A stretch of DNA of 64,000 bases, taken from Felis catus. Taxonomy: Eukaryota. The notes below the pieces were generated by a model. The model worked only from the letters and a program-made list of their open reading frames with translations. It searched no databases and was not told the DNA's origin. The DNA is taken from assembly GCF_018350175.1 (NCBI RefSeq), contig NC_058368.1, positions 35,218,001-35,282,000 on the forward strand, read 5' to 3'. The position numbers and the translations under genes were made by a program. This document shows positions 1 to 12,759 of this stretch, in pieces. Each line of letters opens with the position of its first letter. The stretch's first letter is position 1.

Positions 1-722
1 CAATCCACTGAAGGACTAATTAGAACAAAAGGGCAGAGGAACAACGTCCCTGATTTGGGACATCCCTCTTCCTCTGCCCTCAGATACTGGGGTTTCTGGT
101 CATCAGGCCTTTGGATCCACACTGGGACTTACATCATTTTAGCCCTCCCCATCAACTTTCAGGCCTTGGACTGAGAAGCACACTATCAACCATGGTTCTG
201 ATGTCTTTGGATTCAGACTAAATTACACTACCACGCTTCCTGATTCTCTAGCTTACAGATGACAGATTCTCAGACTTCTCAACTTCCACGATCACATGGG
301 ACAATTCCTATAAAAAAAGGGGGGGGTGTCTGGGGTTCAGTCAATTAAGCATCTAACTTCAGCTTGGGTCATGATCTCACAGTTTGTGAGTCTGAGCCCT
401 GCATCAGGCTCTGTGCTGACAGCTCAGAGCCTGGAGCCTGCTTTGGATTCTGTGTTTCCCTCTCTCTCTGCCCCAGCTCATGCTCTCTCTCTCTAAAATA
501 AACAAACATTAAATTTTTTTAATTAAAAATAATAATCTCTCTCTTTCTCTTTCTCTCTCTCTCTATATATAGGAGATATAGAATATAATTTTATAATATA
601 TAAACTATGATACATGGAATATATCATAATGCATATAATTTTATAATTTTAATTCATATAATTAAAATTTTATAAGTTTAATTATATGTCATAATTGTTG
701 GTCCCATTTCTCTGACTAGTAC
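1..722 (+). mobile_element. MLT2-family (ERVL) solo LTR, 5' part outside window, interrupted by a SINE and an AT-rich expansion
   Basis: Matches recalled MLT2 motifs (tagaacaaaa..., gggacatcc..ctctgccctcaga, ggattcagactaaattacactacc, aacttccacgatcacatgggacaattcc); degenerate terminus tgttggtcccatttctctgactagtac; reverse-complement similarity to the copy at 14782-15655. Confidence 0.8.
323..535 (+). mobile_element. CanSINE (feline type), inside MLT2
   Basis: tRNA-derived head, gctgacagctcagagcctggagcctgc body, (CT)n, aaaataaac tail. Confidence 0.9.
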
Positions 723-739
723 CTAGGGAAAGGTAATTT

Positions 740-900
740 GATCATGATCTCATGGTTTGTGGGTTCGAGCCCCATGTCAGGCTCTGCGCTGACAGCTCAG
801 AGCCTGGAGCCTGCTTCAAATTCTGTGTCTCCCTCTCTCTCTGCCCCTCCTCCCCCTCTCAAAAATAAACAAACATTACAAAAAATTAAAAAATAGAAAA
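740..900 (+). mobile_element. 5'-truncated CanSINE
   Basis: Starts at tcatgatctc; B box gggttcgagccc; (CT)n and aaaaataaac tail. Confidence 0.9.
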
Positions 901-1974
901 TAGATTGTGATTGATATGGTAGTTGAGGAAGTGAAGGAGTCATAGTTTTCTTCCAGATTTCTTGTTTAACAAGTAAATTAAAGTGTAATTTTCTAAACTG
1001 GGCAGTAGTTTGGTGATATAGAACTCAATTTTTTACCTGATGAATCTGAGATACTTTGAGACAGTCAAGTAACTAAACTGGCAGTTGTGCAGTAAGGTCT
1101 GAAGCTCAGAGAAGAGAGATGAGCTGAAGATCCTAATTTTATATGGTAACTAAGACAATGGCATTGATGGGGTTCTCTAGGGAAGAATACAGAATAAGAA
1201 GAAATCCTAGACTAAGTCTTAAGAAATTTCAACATTTATAAGCCAGATACAGGAAGATAGCATGATACAAAGAAACAGAGAAGGCTCATAGGCAGGAGAG
1301 AATTTAGGATAATATGATGTTGAGAAAGTCCGGGGAAGAGAGAGTTGTAGGAAGGATATAGTCAATATCATTAAATAATGCTAGAAGATCAAATTAGAAA
1401 GTACTGTTACTGAAAAGTGCCCACTGAGCAGAGAAATATGGAGGAATTCTGTGACTCAGTGAGAGCTCTTTTGGGCAGTAACAGAGCAGAAATTAGACTG
1501 AAGTGACTTAGGAGTGGAAGGGAAACAAATGCAGACAGCAAGTTTGAGGAGCTATATTATAAAGACAGTTTTTTGGTTTTGTTTATTTAAATGAGAGACT
1601 TAAACATGTTTAGATGCCTATGGGATAAAGTAAGTCAGTCATGACATTTTAAATGCTCATGTGTATCCACAAATACACACACGTGTATACATATATATGT
1701 ATATATACATACACACATATACATATGTGACACAGAGATGTAAGAGTAAAGAGGAAGGGAGTGGGGAGTAGAAAACAGGAGGGGAAGGGAGAGGAAGGGA
1801 AAAAAGAAGGGAAGGTAAAGATTGATAACAAAAGGTTCTCAGGAAGACAGGAGGGCAAATGGGAGCCAAAGTATACTGGAGGGTCTGGACTCAGATCGGC
1901 AATGAGGAAACATCTCCAGTATAAAATAAGTCAAAGAGGAATTACTGTGAACAGATGCAGGTAGACTGGTACAT

Positions 1975-2040
1975 TTTATATATTTATATTTATATTTATA
2001 TTTATATTTATATTTATATTTATATTTATTTATATATATT
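1975..2040. repeat. (TATATT)n hexamer microsatellite
   Basis: Directly visible. Confidence 0.95.
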
Positions 2041-2371
2041 TGAGAAATTGAGAGAAAATGTGGGAGTTACGAGGTTGGATGATAGTAGAAAACACCTGAA
2101 GCTGTTTTTGTTGAGATTAGAAGAACCCAAAGAAACTTTGATGGATGGTGAAATTCTGGGCTGGATAAAGAGCCAAGCTGAGGTTGATGATTACAAATTT
2201 ATAGTGATACTAACTTTCTCTGTGATGTCTTCCTCCGGACCCAGATACACAGGTAGGCATAAAGAAAGATGACAGTAGGGCTTATCCTGGCTTACAGTTT
2301 TCCAGGAGGTACAAGAAAATAACTGGAGAGTAGGAGGTTTAGGGTACTGGGAAGATAATTACTGAAAATCA

Positions 2372-2620
2372 GGGGCGCCTGGGTGGCTCAGTTGGTTAAG
2401 CATCCAACTTTGGCTCAGATCATGATTTCATGGTTCATGAGTTCGAGCCCCTCATTGGGCTCTGCACTGAGAGGGCAGAGCCTCCTTGGGATTTTCTCTC
2501 TCTCCCTTTCTCTCTCTCTCTCTTTCTCTCTCTCTCTCGCCCCTCCCCTACTTGCACTCTCTCTCAAAATAAACTTAAAAAGATGTTTACAATATAAAAT
2601 CACTTGTGTTTAAAAAAAAA
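2372..2620 (+). mobile_element. CanSINE with extended 3' end
   Basis: ggggcgcctgggtggctcagttggttaag head; TSD aagat(a/t)attactgaaa at ~2352-2367 and ~2619-2634. Confidence 0.93.
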
Positions 2621-3814
2621 GATTATTACTGAAAGTTGGATAAAGAAGGCAAGTAAAGAAAAGATGGTGAAGAAAGTGAAGAAGGGGCTATTTTATTGTG
2701 GAAAATGAAAATGTCAGTGCATGGAGAGTTCCCACTTAGAAGTATGGTAATTGTGGAAGTAGTGGCATGTAGACTGGTCACATGATAGAACAGGTGATCG
2801 TAAGTTGGGTGATTTGATTAGTGATTTGGGAAATGGACAATTTCAGGTAATGAGGTCCAGGACATGACTGCTGGCAGGCATGTCTGAAGTAAACTGAATG
2901 TGCATGGCATTGAAGATATGGAGGAAAAGAAAATGAACAGTCTTATACGTGTAGGTGTTCTATGTGAAAGATGAAATGACTCAGAATAGTGGTAGGACTT
3001 GGGATGAGAAGAAGAGTGTGAGCTGAAAAGCTCATTAAAGTGTGTACTTAATGAGAATGAGTGACTGAAAGTTTGGTGAATGCCAGTGTGAGGAAAGGGA
3101 GAAGGTTAAATGGTGTGGACACAGGAGAGCAGGACCTTCTAGATGATAGAGAGGTAAATGTATCGGCATGCAAATAAGAGAAAAGACACAAATCCTAAGG
3201 TGACTCTGGGTTTCAAATTTAGAAAGAAGAAATACCCACCACTTGAAGAAGTGACAGAGGAAAAGTTACCATGGGAAATCTCTTTTCTTGTCAAGATAAG
3301 GAGGCAGATGGACAACTGAAGAAAAGGAAGGGAATATAAGGAGTAATAACTATGAAGCAGTATTTCCAGGGATACAAAGAGAACATTCCAAAGGAAAAGG
3401 AGCCAGAAGACTGGGTCAAGGACAAAGAATTCCAAAGCATCCTGGAGATGCACATGAGAAGGACAGCTTGGCACTCTGGGCAGTGGTAGATGAAAATTAC
3501 AAGAACAAAAAAAATGGGGGTGATTTCCATTGCAAAAGACTTTTGAATAAGCACAATCCTGAACCTAATGGCCAGTTTGACTAAACTTCTTCATTAACTG
3601 GTGATCTCAGTACCAGTGGCTGCTAGTGGCACACCCAGAAATGACAGAAATTCCAAATCAAGTTTGAAAGTTAAGGAAAATCCTAAAGGGTCCAAACTAT
3701 ATCCACGCATTGTTGCTATAGAGTTGTCCTGAGATGAAATGTGATGGATGGATGTGATTTAAAATGATGAAGAACAGGAAGGCTGAAATAAGATGAAGAG
3801 AAGTGATCCTTAAA

Positions 3815-3874
3815 AAGAAGAAGAAGAAGAAGAAGAAGAAGAAGAAGAAGAAGAAGAAGAAGAAGAAGAAGAAG
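3815..3874. repeat. (AAG)20 perfect trinucleotide repeat
   Basis: Directly visible, uninterrupted. Confidence 0.98.
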
Positions 3875-5031
3875 GCGGCAATAATGACAAAGAAGAAACA
3901 ATTAGGATGTATTAAACATCCATTTCAAGTACTGCTCTCTTAAGGGAAATACAATAAAAACAATGACAAGTCTTGAATATATACATACACACACACATAC
4001 ACACACACACACACGTGTTTAATTTTCAAAAAGAAATTTTGTATTTTTTTTTCTTTTTTAAAACTTGTGTATAATTTTACCAATACACTGTTTGTGTCTA
4101 CAGTTTTGTCACTGTAATCTCATCTATTACCTAGTGACACAGGAAAAACAAAACTGTCATCTTTGGAAGAATTCTGTCTGATTTTCAAGAAATAGAACAT
4201 TGTTTTGAAATGACTTAAATGTTACCAAGACATCTGAACAGAGAACAGGTTTCTAATAACTAAATCGCTTACCCCAGGTTGGCAAAGGACTGAAGATAAC
4301 TAATATCTCAATTGGCAATCATAGTCTAAAGTCAAGGGAAAGGCATTAACACCAGAATATTTTCTCAGAATCAAAAATACATCATTTTCTGTATTTATCA
4401 TTGTAACTCCAATGTTTCTGGATGGAAACAGAAAAGGAGAGAGAAAACACTACTAATCCTATTCCTGTAATTATTTTATCAACTATTCTCAAATATCCAA
4501 AGATAAAATTATAGACAACTGTCAGGGTTTTTTTAAAAGGAAACTCTGAGTTCAAATTTGAAGTGTCTTAAAGTCTTAAAGGAAGAGAAACTTCTTTTTG
4601 AGGAAACAAAATTCTAAAGCATAACAACAGACATTAAGCTCCTCAACCAAATTCTTTCCTAAATGTTCAGTGACATTCAAGAAAAATATCGTTCACAGGT
4701 TTAAGAACTATATATCAGAATTTTAAAAATTTATATCATTGAGCACATTGTACCCAAATATCAGGATGTAACCAATTCTATATGTGTATACTCAGGAAAT
4801 GGCAGGAGGTATAATCCTAATTTATAGGTGTCTGACTAGCTTTCTTAGGATTTTTTGCATGCTATTTTCTATTACAAATAAAATATTCTAGAAGTTTACA
4901 ACCAGTACTCAGGATAAAGCAGGATAAATTTAATTACATATATATTTAATTTTATATATATATATAAATATATAATTTTATACACACACACAATACATAT
5001 GCCCTTCATTACAAAATCAGTTTACTAATGT

Positions 5032-5530
5032 TCAGTGGTGAACACAAACACATCCTTGGGTGATCCCACAATGATTCAAGCCCTTCTGTAACGCCCTCCC
5101 TGTGAGTAAAGGTGACATCTATGATTTGCTTCTAACCAATGGAATATGACAAGGATGACAAGGATAATCAACTCCCTTGATGAGGTTATTTATATAAGAG
5201 CATCTTATTAGACTGGAAAAAGACACTTTCTTACTGGTCTTGAAGACGTAAGCTGTTGTGATGTGAACTGCCAGTGGAGAAGGCCACATACCAGGAAACT
5301 GGGAGCAGCCTCTAGTAGCTGACAGCCTCAGGAAACTGAATTCTACCAAGAACATGAATAAACATGGAAGAGGACTCTGAGCTCCAGATGAAACTGCAGC
5401 CCTGGCTGACATCTTGTGAGATCCTACATAGCCATGCCAGACTCATGACCCATCGCAGAAGCCATGAAATGATAAAGGGGTGTTGTTTTACATCAATGAG
5501 TTTGTTATGCAGCAATAGAAAAGCAACAGA
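5032..5530 (+). mobile_element. MaLR LTR (MLT1E/F-like)
   Basis: ttgcttctaaccaatggaatatg, ggagaaggccacat, gagctccagatgaaactgcagccctggctgac, tttgttatgcagcaatagaaa terminus. Confidence 0.8.
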
Positions 5531-5668
5531 TTTGTGTTTTTTAAAACTAATTTCAAGTCTTTATTCTGTTTCGCGATAATTGGAGCAACCTTTAAGAGTT
5601 CATCAAATCTTGTTACCACACCCTCTGGTGAAAACCTTTCATGTTGTGGCATCTTCAAAATATACTGC

Positions 5669-5866
5669 GGAGCGCCTGGGTGGCTCAGTCAGTTAAGCGT
5701 CCGACTTCAGCTCAGGTCATGATCTCATGATCCATGAGTTCGAGCCCCACATCGGGCTCTGTGCTGTCAGTTCAAAGCCTGAAGCCTGCTTCGGATTCTG
5801 TGTCTCCCTCTCTCTCTGCCCCTCCCCCACTCACGCTCTGTCTCTATCAAAAAATGAATAAACGTT

Positions 5867-5867
<1 letters not shown>
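5669..5867 (+). mobile_element. CanSINE (feline type)
   Basis: Full head and body; tail runs into a compound TA/TG/CA microsatellite. Confidence 0.93.
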
Positions 5868-5900
<33 letters not shown>

Positions 5901-5902
5901 CG

Positions 5903-5933
<31 letters not shown>

Positions 5934-5940
5934 ACGTGTG

Positions 5941-5972
<32 letters not shown>

Positions 5973-6002
5973 TACACACACACACACACATATACATATA
6001 TA
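5868..6002. repeat. Compound (TA)n/(TG)/(CA)n microsatellite at SINE tail
   Basis: Directly visible. Confidence 0.95.
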
Positions 6003-6368
6003 TTGCTTGTGCTTACCTCCTGATGACTTAGGAAGTTATGTATACATGTATCTCTTATCCTTTAAAAAATGGTATGGCATGAAAAAATTTCAGAAATTTT
6101 AAACTTCAAGATAATCAATAGTATAATAAATTTAAAACCCAGATGAAGGAAGTCATGTTCTCCCCAAATAAAACAGAATGTTGAAAATAGTAGCAGATAA
6201 AAAGTTAAAGAATAATATAAGTAAGTTATTATGGTATTTGAAAATTACAAATATCTCCAAAGCCAAATACAAATTCCAAGAAGCCCAAGTACACATGACA
6301 AGAAAAAGATACTTGCCAAGTGCTAAGCAGTATCAGCATATCGTCAGTAGTGTCAACAAAGTTGTAAC

Positions 6369-6610
6369 CACCATTTAAGTATTCGCTGTATGCCAGGGAC
6401 TTCACACCTTTCATTTCATTCATGTTTTTCTACCAGGACTAAATAATATAAATGTTATCATTTACAAATGAGGAATTTATAATTTATAATTCCCAATTTA
6501 CAAGAGCAGAAATAAATCTTAAAGAAGTTAGGTGATATTTTCAACTTTACTTATGTCTAGTAAGTAGCAGAACAGGGTACTAAACCTATGTCTTTCTAAT
6601 TCAGAAGTTG
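6369..6610 (-). mobile_element. MIR SINE relic
   Basis: accatttaagtattcgctgtatgccagg ... atttacaaatgaggaa ... ctagtaagtagcagaacagg. Confidence 0.65.
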
Positions 6611-6742
6611 AGTTTTAAAAATGTGCTCCAAATTTCTGCCCAATGGCACAACAATCTGTATATCAAGAAACTCTTTTCTCATTCAACTCATCTATTAATT
6701 TGACTCTTGAAGTTCTTGTTTTTTGTTTGTTTCAGCAAAGAA

Positions 6743-7122
6743 GTATGTCAGACAAGACAGTCTAGGTTATGCTGCTACAGGAAACAAACCCCAAACCCCA
6801 GTGGCTTACAACAGCAAAGGCTTATTTCTCTCTAACTCTGCATATCCAGTTTTTCCCTGCATCATATTACCTTCATTGTGGGAGCCAGACTGGTGACAGC
6901 CTCCATATGAAACATGGCTGGTTGTGATGGCAGGGGGATAAAAAGAACAAGGCAAATTGAGAGCTAGCTCACCTGGTTTTCAACTACAATAACATCTATT
7001 CTCATATTTCATTACTCAAAGCAAGCCACATGGTCACATCAATAGGCAACAGTGCAGAGAAATATATTCCTCTTTCAGTAAGGGGCAGTAAATATTAGTG
7101 AACATTAATACAGTGCAATACA
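6743..7122 (-). mobile_element. MaLR LTR (MLT1K/L-like)
   Basis: ctaggttatgctgc..aacaaaccccaaa..cagtggcttacaacagcaaagg; catatttcatt..caaagcaagccacatggtcac. Confidence 0.75.
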
Positions 7123-7189
7123 AAGTACTCACATATTCCAAGTCTTTCAGTACTTGTAAATGTTTATATATATGAAGAAGTACAAAGAA

Positions 7190-7308
7190 GGGTTTCATTA
7201 ATTATAAAATATAAAACAGATCCAAAATCAGAAGACAGATACAAAACTCAAGAGTTAGTTTTTTTTAGCAAAATAGTGTAATAAAAAAAATGCTAACTTA
7301 ATCAAGAC

Positions 7309-7341
<33 letters not shown>

Positions 7342-9100
7342 CATATATATGTGTGTGTATATATGTATGTATACATGTATATACGTATATCCACAGTTGC
7401 CCAGGAATCAAAGAGCTCTAAAAACTTTTTGTACAACTCTCTGATAGTAAATCTGAGAATCTGGATGAAATGGGTGATTTCTAGGAAAATAAAACACTTA
7501 TGTGATTCAAATGGATATAAAAACCTCAATTATACTAAAAGCTATAAGAAGAAATTAGAAAGTTGTAAGAAAACTACCCCTCCAAACAAAACACCTCATG
7601 AAAAGGAAATTATGCTTAATTGATTATTAAAAAAAAGGATAATTTTATGCTGGGTAAAATGCTTTGGAGCACACAGAAATAATAAGTAAATAAAAATCCT
7701 AATTTTTATATAAGGCCAGAATAAGGCCAATAACAAAACTTTTTGCCACTGATAGTAAAAAAGAAATAAAAAGAAGAAAGAAAGGAAGGAGAAAAAGAAT
7801 ACCATTGACTAATAAAACATTTAAAATTTCCCAATACAATGGTATCCAATAATGTTGAGGAATAGACACATGGATGGATACACAGATGGATAAAATGATA
7901 GGGAACCAAAAAAATCTCAAATATGTATGGGAATCAAATGTATGACAAGGTAATATTTTATATGGCTGCAACAATTTTATTAATAAATAAAAGAAATTAG
8001 GATAACTGAAGTCGCTAGGATAAAGAAGTTGAATTTCTACTTCATACTGAGTATACAACAATTCCAAGTTCCAAATGGATTAAACATATAAATATACACA
8101 ATATAAATAATAATGTTACAAAGAAAGTTAGTTTTTAAATTAAAAAAACTTAGCTTTACATTAATCCATAATTTTCTGTGGCAGAGTAACTATTCTAGCA
8201 TGAGAATAAAGCCAGAGTTGATTAAAAGATTAGTAAATGTTACTTAAATAAAATAAAAACTTCTGTATGACAAAATACCATAATCAAAATTGAACTGCAA
8301 TTGATCAGAAAATTGATATTATAACTCCTACCATAGTACCTAGCACTAAGAAGTTACTTAATATTTTTTTGAATGAATGCATACCCTTGGCACTGTTCTA
8401 TAAAGTGCGCTTATAAATCTGTAGGCAATATATGACTACCCTAATAGAGAAAGAAGCAAAGGTTATGGATTAGAAATTTACCAAAAAGAAAGGATAAATG
8501 GTCAATAAATATGCAAAATGAATGTGAGTTCTACCAGAGAAAAAGTAAACTAAAGCACTAGTGATATACTATTTCTATCCATCAAATTGTCCAAGATTAA
8601 AAAGCCTGATGGGCACCTGAGTGGCGTTGAGCCAGTTGAGCGCCCAACTTCGGCTCAGGTGATATTCTTGCAGTTTGTGGGTTCGAGCCCCACATTGGGC
8701 TCTGTGCTGACAGTTCAGAGCCTGGATCCTGCTTCTGATTCTTTGTCTCCCTCTCTGTCTGTCTGTCCCTGCTCATGCTCTGTCTCTGCATCTCAAAAAT
8801 GAATCAGTGTTAAAAAATAAAATAAAATAAAAAAGAAGAAAATAAAATAAAAAAATAAAATAAAATAAAATAAAAAAATAAAATAAATAAAAAGACTGAA
8901 AACAAAAAGACAAGAAATGACTGTAAACATATAGGTAACAGGCATTTTCAGATACTGTTGTGGGAACATAAACAAATAAAAATTTCCTATAGAGATGTTA
9001 GATGGTATGTATCAAAATTTAAATATGCCTCCCCTCTTCAGAATCTAGTAATTTATCTTTAAGGATACAACAAAATCACCGTGCAAAGATTTGCCAGATT
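7190..9100 (+). mobile_element. Old L1M-type LINE fragments (ORF2 and 3' region), degenerate
   Basis: aatctggatgaaatgggtgatttctaggaaaa; aaatggattaaacatataaat; aaaaacttctgtatgacaaaatacca; L1 3' motifs near 8900-9100. Confidence 0.7.
8611..8890 (+). mobile_element. CanSINE with long (AAAAT)n tail
   Basis: Head and body; TSD aaaaag(c/a)ctga. Confidence 0.92.
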
Positions 9101-9194
9101 CAATAAATGATGATATATACATAGATGGACAGATAGGTGTAAATACAGAGATACATACATACACACATATTTTTATGTGTAATATAACAAATTT

Positions 9195-9197
<3 letters not shown>

Positions 9198-9236
<39 letters not shown>
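9198..9236. repeat. (AT)n microsatellite
   Basis: Directly visible. Confidence 0.95.
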
Positions 9237-9240
<4 letters not shown>

Positions 9241-10674
9241 TAACGTCAATCAGTATTACTGAGCTGAGAAGGTTTCCATAAAACAAAACCTTTGAGTGCC
9301 GGCAACATCATCTGTAGGTCATCTATAGTAAGGGGAAGATGGAATGCTTAGACCAATCTGGATATCTGACTGTCCATGGCTCTACGGGATTCCAGTCATT
9401 CTCCTAGCAAGAGGCAGTCCTCAACACTCTGGAACATCACCAACCCCGGTATAGGTACACTCAGTCTCCAGGAAAATCATAGGTCAAGTTCCGAACACCC
9501 ATGATTCTGTATACTGGCTGGGTAGCTAACTTGTCTGAGTCTGCAGTGAGAGCACCTGGGTCCCATAAAAATATCCTGCAGTTCCCTAGGTTTTACCTGT
9601 AACTTACTTTACCCGTGTGATTTGATTTCTCCAATAACAGACTCCTTCATAAAAGAGGATATTATCAGGCTCTTGAAGACTTCTGTATACTTCCAGAAGG
9701 TAAATCCCTTATATAATGGACCTAATCCTGGATTCGGCCACCATTTATGCCTAGACAATCCCATGGAATCTGAGGCATTTTTGTAGCTCCTCATAACATT
9801 TTGTAGCTCCTCATGGCCCTACTGATGGTGCTGGCCACTCTCACAATGAAGATATTTTTTTTATTCACTTCTCCAGCACCAACTCGTCCCCTAAACTGCC
9901 ACCCTGTATACTAGCTCAAATGTGGGGTTTTAATTCATATTCCTCTTACACCACACTCTATTGACATGCTATTTTACCTTCTAATAGAGTGATAGCACCT
10001 TAAAAAACTTAGCATTGTTTAGTATGCTCTCCCAATAAATGCTTAGCCCACTGCCATACAAATTTTATACCCAATAAATATTTGCTTTAGGTGAATCAAT
10101 AGATGTTTGTTTGGAGGTAATACAGGAAATATATATATATTAAAAAGTGTGAGGTTTTAAACCTCAAATGTTAATCCCTATATTTTAGCCACAGACATAT
10201 ACATTCTTAAATTTCATATGTAATTTCTAGACTGCCCAATTTCTTAGTATTGTAGTTCATATATACCATGTCCTTTGCCTGACTCTAGATATATTTGACA
10301 ATGATTTTTGTTTGATTGTACATATACTTGAAATAGTTACTCTATAGAATTGTGTGCATGAAAGTTTTTTCCAAATCTTTCTACAAATTGTCTACAGGGC
10401 AATAACATCATAGTACCACATGTATACTTATGAACCTACTAAAAGTAAGCGCATTTCACACTGTGAATTAAATGTCTTTGTAAATGTGCACTCTACTAAA
10501 AGGTTCAGATATAAGAACTTTTGAATTAAATTTTAAATTAATACCCAACCAGCAAGGATTGCTTTTCTGGTGAACAAAAGCCTGCCCCTGATTACAAAAC
10601 AAGCAGTTAGTGTGCCTTGTTTTAAAAAGACTTGCCTTCAGAGACAGTGAAGTTAGATGTTGTTTTCAATTTCT

Positions 10675-10889
10675 TTTTTTTTTTTTCAACGTTTATTTAT
10701 TTTTGGGACAGAGAGAGACAGAGCATGAATGAGGGAGGGGCAGAGAGAGAGGGAGACACAGAATCGGAAACAGGCTCCAGGCTCTGAGCCATCAGCCCAG
10801 AGCCCGACGCGGGGCTCGAACTCCCGGACCGCGAGATCGTGACCTGGCTGAAGTCGGACGCTTAACCGACTGCGCCACCCAGGCGCCCC
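10675..10889 (-). mobile_element. Young feline CanSINE (SINEC_Fc-type)
   Basis: CpG-rich; perfect 16 bp TSD gttgttttcaatttct at 10659-10674 and 10891-10906. Confidence 0.97.
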
Positions 10890-12759
10890 AGTTGTTTTCA
10901 ATTTCTAAATGAGACCCTGATTTCCGGTTGCAGCAGGTCTTGCTGACATGTCCCAGGGTTTCACAGCCATGCCTCACTGCTTGAGTTTTGCTTCACTGTG
11001 TCCTTCTGCTCACATACTCAAAAGTTCCCTCCTCCATTTGCCATCAAGCGGCTGCTTAAGCATCCAGCTGTCATCCATCTTTCACACATGCCCCACCCAG
11101 AGGAGTTTCTCTTGCAACACGCTGAAAGTACTTCTGTGCTGAGGAACTGACTGCATTAAAAACCCCGCAGAAAATAACAAATTCAAGGGGAGACGCTGAG
11201 AATATGTAATCAGTCTGAAATACCAGAATAACTGTAAATGGGAATAATTTAGCAAACCTAAGACCACTAAAATGGCAAAATGACTAGTTATCTATACCTA
11301 AGATATTGATATCTAAAGAAAAAGGCTAATAAACCAAAGGACTTTGAATGAGTAAAAGGGAAAATGGTAAATTAATATGTGGAGTGAACACTTTGATTAC
11401 TGAATACAGAAATACTTCCAGGGCTACAAAAGAAATTAAAGAAATAACAACATGAAGTAACAAATTTTTAAAAAGACGTTCCCAATTCAATTATTAGTCA
11501 TTATAATGCAGACACATGGAAAAGTATTTAGGAGTTTATGGTTCTGTGTGAAGCTTATACTAACTTAAACCTGAAAAAAGGTTTGGTGATGAATGACCCA
11601 GGTACTATCTCCATATCGCTTTGGAGGTGTCAACACACACTGCCATCGCTACCTCCTCACAAAAATGTGTCCTGTATTTTAAAGGAGGGGGGGCTGAGTT
11701 GATGCAGTGTTTATTCCCGTGATACTGAAAGAATCTGACGGAAGTGAATTTGTACAGGGAAGGGCAAAGAGAATAAAATAAAACTCCAAGGCTATTAGTC
11801 AAAAAGAATGAAAAAAAAAAAAAACAAAAAAAGCAAGTTCTTCAAGGCAAAGTGATTAAAAGCATGGCACTGAAAGGTCCAAGGGGAATAAATGTTTCAA
11901 ACAAGGCTAGAGTGTTCAAGTATACATCTGGAAGGATTTGACACCTACATTTCTAAAGGGTCTGAATGATTTTCAGCAGACCTCAGGCTAAAAATTTGTA
12001 ATGAGAACTTCTCAGAAGCAAATACCAAGGGGAAAGAGTCAGCTGTTAATAAAAAGGAATTTGTATTTTGTTTCCATTAATTCACATTTGTTGAATTTTC
12101 TTAAATGAGGAATATGACTTATGATCCCAGAAAAGAGAGAATAATAATTTGTATCTACTAAATATAGTATTTCTGATTTTTCACAAACATCGCCATGGAA
12201 AAAGTCTATGCAATTCAATGACATTCAACAAATATCACAGTGAAATAACAAAGTAAGCAATAAGAAGACAGCAGAACTGTCTGCCTATGGAGCTGTATCA
12301 GTAGACGTGAGTAAACATGAGATGAAAATCACAGAGACTGTAAATTAGGGCTGTCCTTACAGATAGAGGGGAAGCAGCCAACCCACCTATCAGAGATTCA
12401 AAGACAGGCATAAGCACATGTCCTTAACTATGTGTACTACCAGGTATGATGTCTGAAATTCAACCAGCAATATTTCTTTTTATAATTTTAAAGGTCTTTT
12501 TATATGAGTAATCATCTAGTTTAAAAAAAGAAAAGCCTAGGTGAGAACAGTTAACAAAAAAATGAAAACAAAAAGTTCTTGTAAGGATCTTGACATACAA
12601 AACTTGTCTACTTAAGCATCTTAGAAGGATGGGGCATCAGAAAGCAAAGTAAGAACTGAGTAGAAGGAGAAAACAGATCAAAGATAACCATTGAATACAT
12701 CCAAATCTTACAAGGCTGGCAATGACCTTTTGAAAAACTGTTCATTCATTTTATCTAAG

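Larger units (their letters stand above)
905..3540 (-). mobile_element. L2 LINE relic, interrupted by microsatellites and a SINE
   Basis: Purine-rich antisense L2 motifs, e.g. ggcagttg...gtctgaagctcagagaagagagatgagctgaagat (1081-1131). Confidence 0.7.

Noticed and set aside
9776..9814. Short tandem duplication of cattttgtagctcctcat
   Set aside because: Ordinary slippage duplication with no sign of function.
11571..11671. Minus-strand coding exon
   Set aside because: Weak donor (gtttaa) and stops in all three frames.
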